From Alphaproteobacteria bacterium (GTDB lineage Bacteria; Pseudomonadota; Alphaproteobacteria; CAAGCB01; CAG-977), in NCBI GenBank assembly GCA_021639925.1, contig JAJXEL010000002.1, forward strand, positions 930 to 35,430: 34,501 nucleotides of DNA. Direction: 5' to 3'. Below are positions 32,694 through 34,501 of the stretch, one piece after another (position 1 is the first letter of the stretch; each line of letters begins with the position of its first letter). Below the pieces are notes generated by a model that did not search any database, had not been told where the DNA came from, and saw only the letters and a program-made list of their open reading frames with translations. Made by a program: the position numbers and the translations under genes.

Positions 32694-33464
32694 ATGAAAG
32701 ATAAATTCTGGTCAAAGAAGATGTTGATGAACCAAAAAGCAAAGTTTGATCCTGTCACGTTTAGCTCAAACGGAACGTGGGTTGTGCCTCGCGGTATTAA
32801 AAGGATCTCCGTGGACTGCGTTGGAGCTAGAGGATATACAAACGGATCATTCTCCGGCGGAAACGGTGGACGTGTGCAATGCGTGCTGAATGTTACACCG
32901 GGAGATGTTTTAAACATAACGGTCGCGGTAATTCCTACATTTTCGGCCGACCTTGTATATAACGCGTCAGATATTCGTATAGGAGGAACGGCACTTTCAA
33001 ATCGGGTTATCGTAGCAGGCGGCGGTGGGAATGCGTCAATTTGCACCCGTTCTCCCGGCGGTTCTGCCGGTGGAGCTGGAGGGGGACTTAACGGAGCCGC
33101 CGGAACTAATTGCGATAGAACAGTTGCCGGAGACGGAGGTTCGCAAAGCAACGGCGGAAGTCGAGGATACACAACAGATACAGGGGGAACGACAGGCGCA
33201 GGATATGGACAGGCGGGTTCTTTTGGCCTGGGCGGCCAGGGAGTCGGCGGGTCTCAATCATACGGAGGTTCAGCCCAAAGCGGTAGCGGAGGAGCCGGTT
33301 GGTATGGCGGCGGTTCAGGAGGAACGTATGAATATTTTGGCTGGTGGACAGCCGGAGGAGGAGGTGGTTCATCATACACGCACCCGACGTTATGCAGCGA
33401 TGTAATCCACACGCAAGGTTACCAAGCAGGAAACGGCTATATCACAATATCAATGGTGGAATAA
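32694..33464 (+). CDS. glycine-rich domain protein 2, paralogue of 31417-32169 (256 aa)
   Basis: GGAGG lies 6 nt upstream of the ATG at 32694. It shares the YNASDIRI, VIVAGGGG, GSGGAGWYGGGSG and GGGGGSSYT blocks with paralogue 1. Confidence 0.6.
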   Translation: MKDKFWSKKMLMNQKAKFDPVTFSSNGTWVVPRGIKRISVDCVGARGYTNGSFSGGNGGRVQCVLNVTPGDVLNITVAVIPTFSADLVYNASDIRIGGTALSNRVIVAGGGGNASICTRSPGGSAGGAGGGLNGAAGTNCDRTVAGDGGSQSNGGSRGYTTDTGGTTGAGYGQAGSFGLGGQGVGGSQSYGGSAQSGSGGAGWYGGGSGGTYEYFGWWTAGGGGGSSYTHPTLCSDVIHTQGYQAGNGYITISMVE

Positions 33465-33853
33465 TGAAAAAATACGCATTCGGCAAAAACAGTTTAAAAT
33501 ACCTGTCCGAACTTGATCCGCGCTTAAAAGCTCTGGCCGTTTTGATGATGTCAAAGCAGGTTATGGATTTTGCCGTCATCTGCGGACATCGGAACGAGAG
33601 CGAACAGAACGCGGCTTTTTATGCCGGAAAATCAAAACTCAAGTTCCCGAACTCAAAACACAACACTTTACCGGCAAAAGCGTACGACCGCGCGCCGTAT
33701 CCGATTCCTTTAAACGCGGCGGGGGATTGGGACGATAAATCCCCTTTGTGGGATCAATTAGCCGCACTTGAACAGCAATGCGCAAAAGAACTTGGAATTG
33801 AAATTGTCAATTCAATCCCGTGGGATCGCCCGCACTGCGAATTAAAAGATTAG
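33464..33853 (+). CDS. endolysin, M15-family zinc peptidase (VanY / L-Ala-D-Glu peptidase type)
   Basis: CGHRNESEQNAAF, NSKH, AYDRAP and WDRPHCEL blocks fit the H-x-D...H M15 signature. TAATG coupling. Confidence 0.7.
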   Translation: MKKYAFGKNSLKYLSELDPRLKALAVLMMSKQVMDFAVICGHRNESEQNAAFYAGKSKLKFPNSKHNTLPAKAYDRAPYPIPLNAAGDWDDKSPLWDQLAALEQQCAKELGIEIVNSIPWDRPHCELKD

Positions 33854-33862
33854 GAGGAAAAC

Positions 33863-34078
33863 ATGGCAGAAAACAAGAAAACTTCAATCATCAGCCCGAC
33901 ACTGATCACAGCTGTTGTCTGCGTTCTGGCTTCGATTGCCGGAGCCGTCGGCGTTGACGTAACCGCGACCGAACAGGCGGAAATTGTTACTTATGCCACG
34001 TCCGCGATTACAGGCGTTTCGGGCTTGGTCATTATCGGGCGGAACCTTTATACAAAATATAAAGCGAAACAGGCATGA
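33863..34078 (+). CDS. holin (71 aa, two predicted TM helices)
   Basis: TLITAVVCVLASIAGAVGV and ITGVSGLVIIG hydrophobic segments, basic C-terminus. TAGGAGG RBS. Adjacent to the endolysin and spanins. Confidence 0.6.
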   Translation: MAENKKTSIISPTLITAVVCVLASIAGAVGVDVTATEQAEIVTYATSAITGVSGLVIIGRNLYTKYKAKQA

Positions 34079-34269
34079 CGGTGTATGTCATCTTGGCGGT
34101 CAGCGGGGCTGTTATTGCTCTGCTGGCCTATAAAATCGGGCGTTTAAAGGAGCGTTTAAACCATGCTGAAAACCAAGCAGAACACAACAAAACGGCGGCG
34201 GAAGTGGCTGCCCGGCCTCATGCTTCTGCTGATGCTATCCGCGACAGGATGCGCAAAGGCGAGATGTGA
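34075..34269 (+). CDS. i-spanin (Rz-like)
   Basis: N-terminal TM helix VYVILAVSGAVIALLAY followed by a charged helical periplasmic part. Confidence 0.6.
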   Translation: MTVYVILAVSGAVIALLAYKIGRLKERLNHAENQAEHNKTAAEVAARPHASADAIRDRMRKGEM

Positions 34270-34396
34270 CTGCCCGCCTTGGCCGGTTGCCGGAGCGGCT
34301 GTTGCTCAAGAGCTTGATTACTTGCCTGAAAAAGAGTTCCCGGCTCTCTGGGAGTGGCTGGCAAGGCTGGATAAACTCCGCGACCAGCTACAATAA
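34163..34396 (+). CDS. o-spanin lipoprotein (Rz1-like), overlapping the i-spanin out of frame
   Basis: AAGGAG RBS. Basic n-region KTKQNTTKRRRK, h-region LPGLMLLLML, lipobox-like SATGC, Pro-rich mature N-terminus (CDCPPWP). Confidence 0.65.
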   Translation: MLKTKQNTTKRRRKWLPGLMLLLMLSATGCAKARCDCPPWPVAGAAVAQELDYLPEKEFPALWEWLARLDKLRDQLQ

Positions 34397-34406
34397 AAAA
34401 AGCGGA

Positions 34407-34434
34407 GGCTTGGGCGTCGGAACCGCCCAGAGCC
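34407..34434 (-). terminator. GC-rich bulged hairpin after the lysis cassette; the T-run lies on the minus strand only
   Basis: tgggcg (34411-34416) pairs with cgccca (34424-34429), and ggct (34407-34410) pairs with agcc (34431-34434). It is preceded by 7 A (34395-34401) on the + strand. A second hairpin lies at 34464-34487. Confidence 0.4.
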
Positions 34435-34501
34435 GCGAGTTATCCCCTCGCACAGATTAACTGCTCCGCACCTCTGCAGAGGCGGAGTTACCTTAGGATT
34501 T

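Larger units (their letters stand above)
1..34501 (+). mobile_element. Mu-like transposable prophage, internal portion; neither attL nor attR end identified in the window
   Basis: The gene order is collinear with Mu-type phages: repressor(-)/ner/A/B/early ORFs/gemA/mor/gp27-like/terminase/portal/MuF/capsid/sheath/tube/TMP/gpN/gpP/gp45-48/tail fibre. Genes are tightly packed with frequent ATGA/TAATG start-stop overlaps. Confidence 0.9.

Noticed and set aside
32657-33172. 171-aa proline-rich minus-strand ORF (and similar long antisense ORFs at 2041-2595, 18895-19410, 19656-20210, 20369-20896, 25178-25765)
   Set aside because: These are shadow ORFs opposite well-supported + strand genes. The Pro-rich one is simply the complement of GGN glycine codons. 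They have no RBS and no independent support.
30893-33464. Mu G-segment-like invertible host-range cassette
   Set aside because: The fibre genes and chaperone are all on the same strand. I saw no gin-type recombinase ORF and no flanking inverted repeats in the window.

Overview
The window is almost entirely the interior of one Mu-like transposable prophage with a contractile tail, and nearly every gene is on the + strand. From left to right it contains: (1) an immunity region with a CI/XRE-type repressor on the minus strand, an inverted-repeat operator region and Ner; (2) MuA transposase and MuB ATPase; (3) about ten small early ORFs, including DUF3164-like, GemA-like and Mor-like proteins; (4) a TraR-type zinc finger protein and gp25-27-like proteins; (5) terminase (gp28-like), portal (gp29-like) and MuF (gp30-like); (6) a fused protease-scaffold-capsid ORF and head completion genes; (7) sheath, tube, tail chaperone with a candidate -1 frameshift, and tape measure; (8) gpN, gpP and gp45-48-like baseplate genes; (9) a tail-fibre module with two glycine-rich paralogues and a chaperone; (10) a lysis cassette with M15 endolysin, holin and overlapped spanins. 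I could not identify either prophage end. I recognised no tRNA, rRNA, CRISPR array, reverse transcriptase or invertase. The most interesting content is two AT-rich, minus-strand cargo islands that interrupt the + strand phage operons. Island 1 (about 9088-11460) encodes a 758-aa SIR2 / P-loop NTPase / helical-repeat protein, an Avs5-like single-gene defence candidate. Island 2 (about 17019-18256) encodes an unassignable 263-aa protein. That gene is convergent with an unannotated 38-aa hydrophobic peptide ORF, and a roughly 100-nt GC-rich element closed by a 9-bp stem lies beside them. Island 2 occupies the accessory slot where Pseudomonas Mu-like phages carry anti-CRISPR genes. The two cargo genes share an identical 25-bp non-coding element in their 5' flanks. 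Other notable features are an 11-C homopolymer inside a promoter-like spacer upstream of the second glycine-rich fibre gene, and a perfect 55-bp direct repeat spaced exactly 330 bp at the left edge. All functional calls come from reading motifs by eye. No database search was run.
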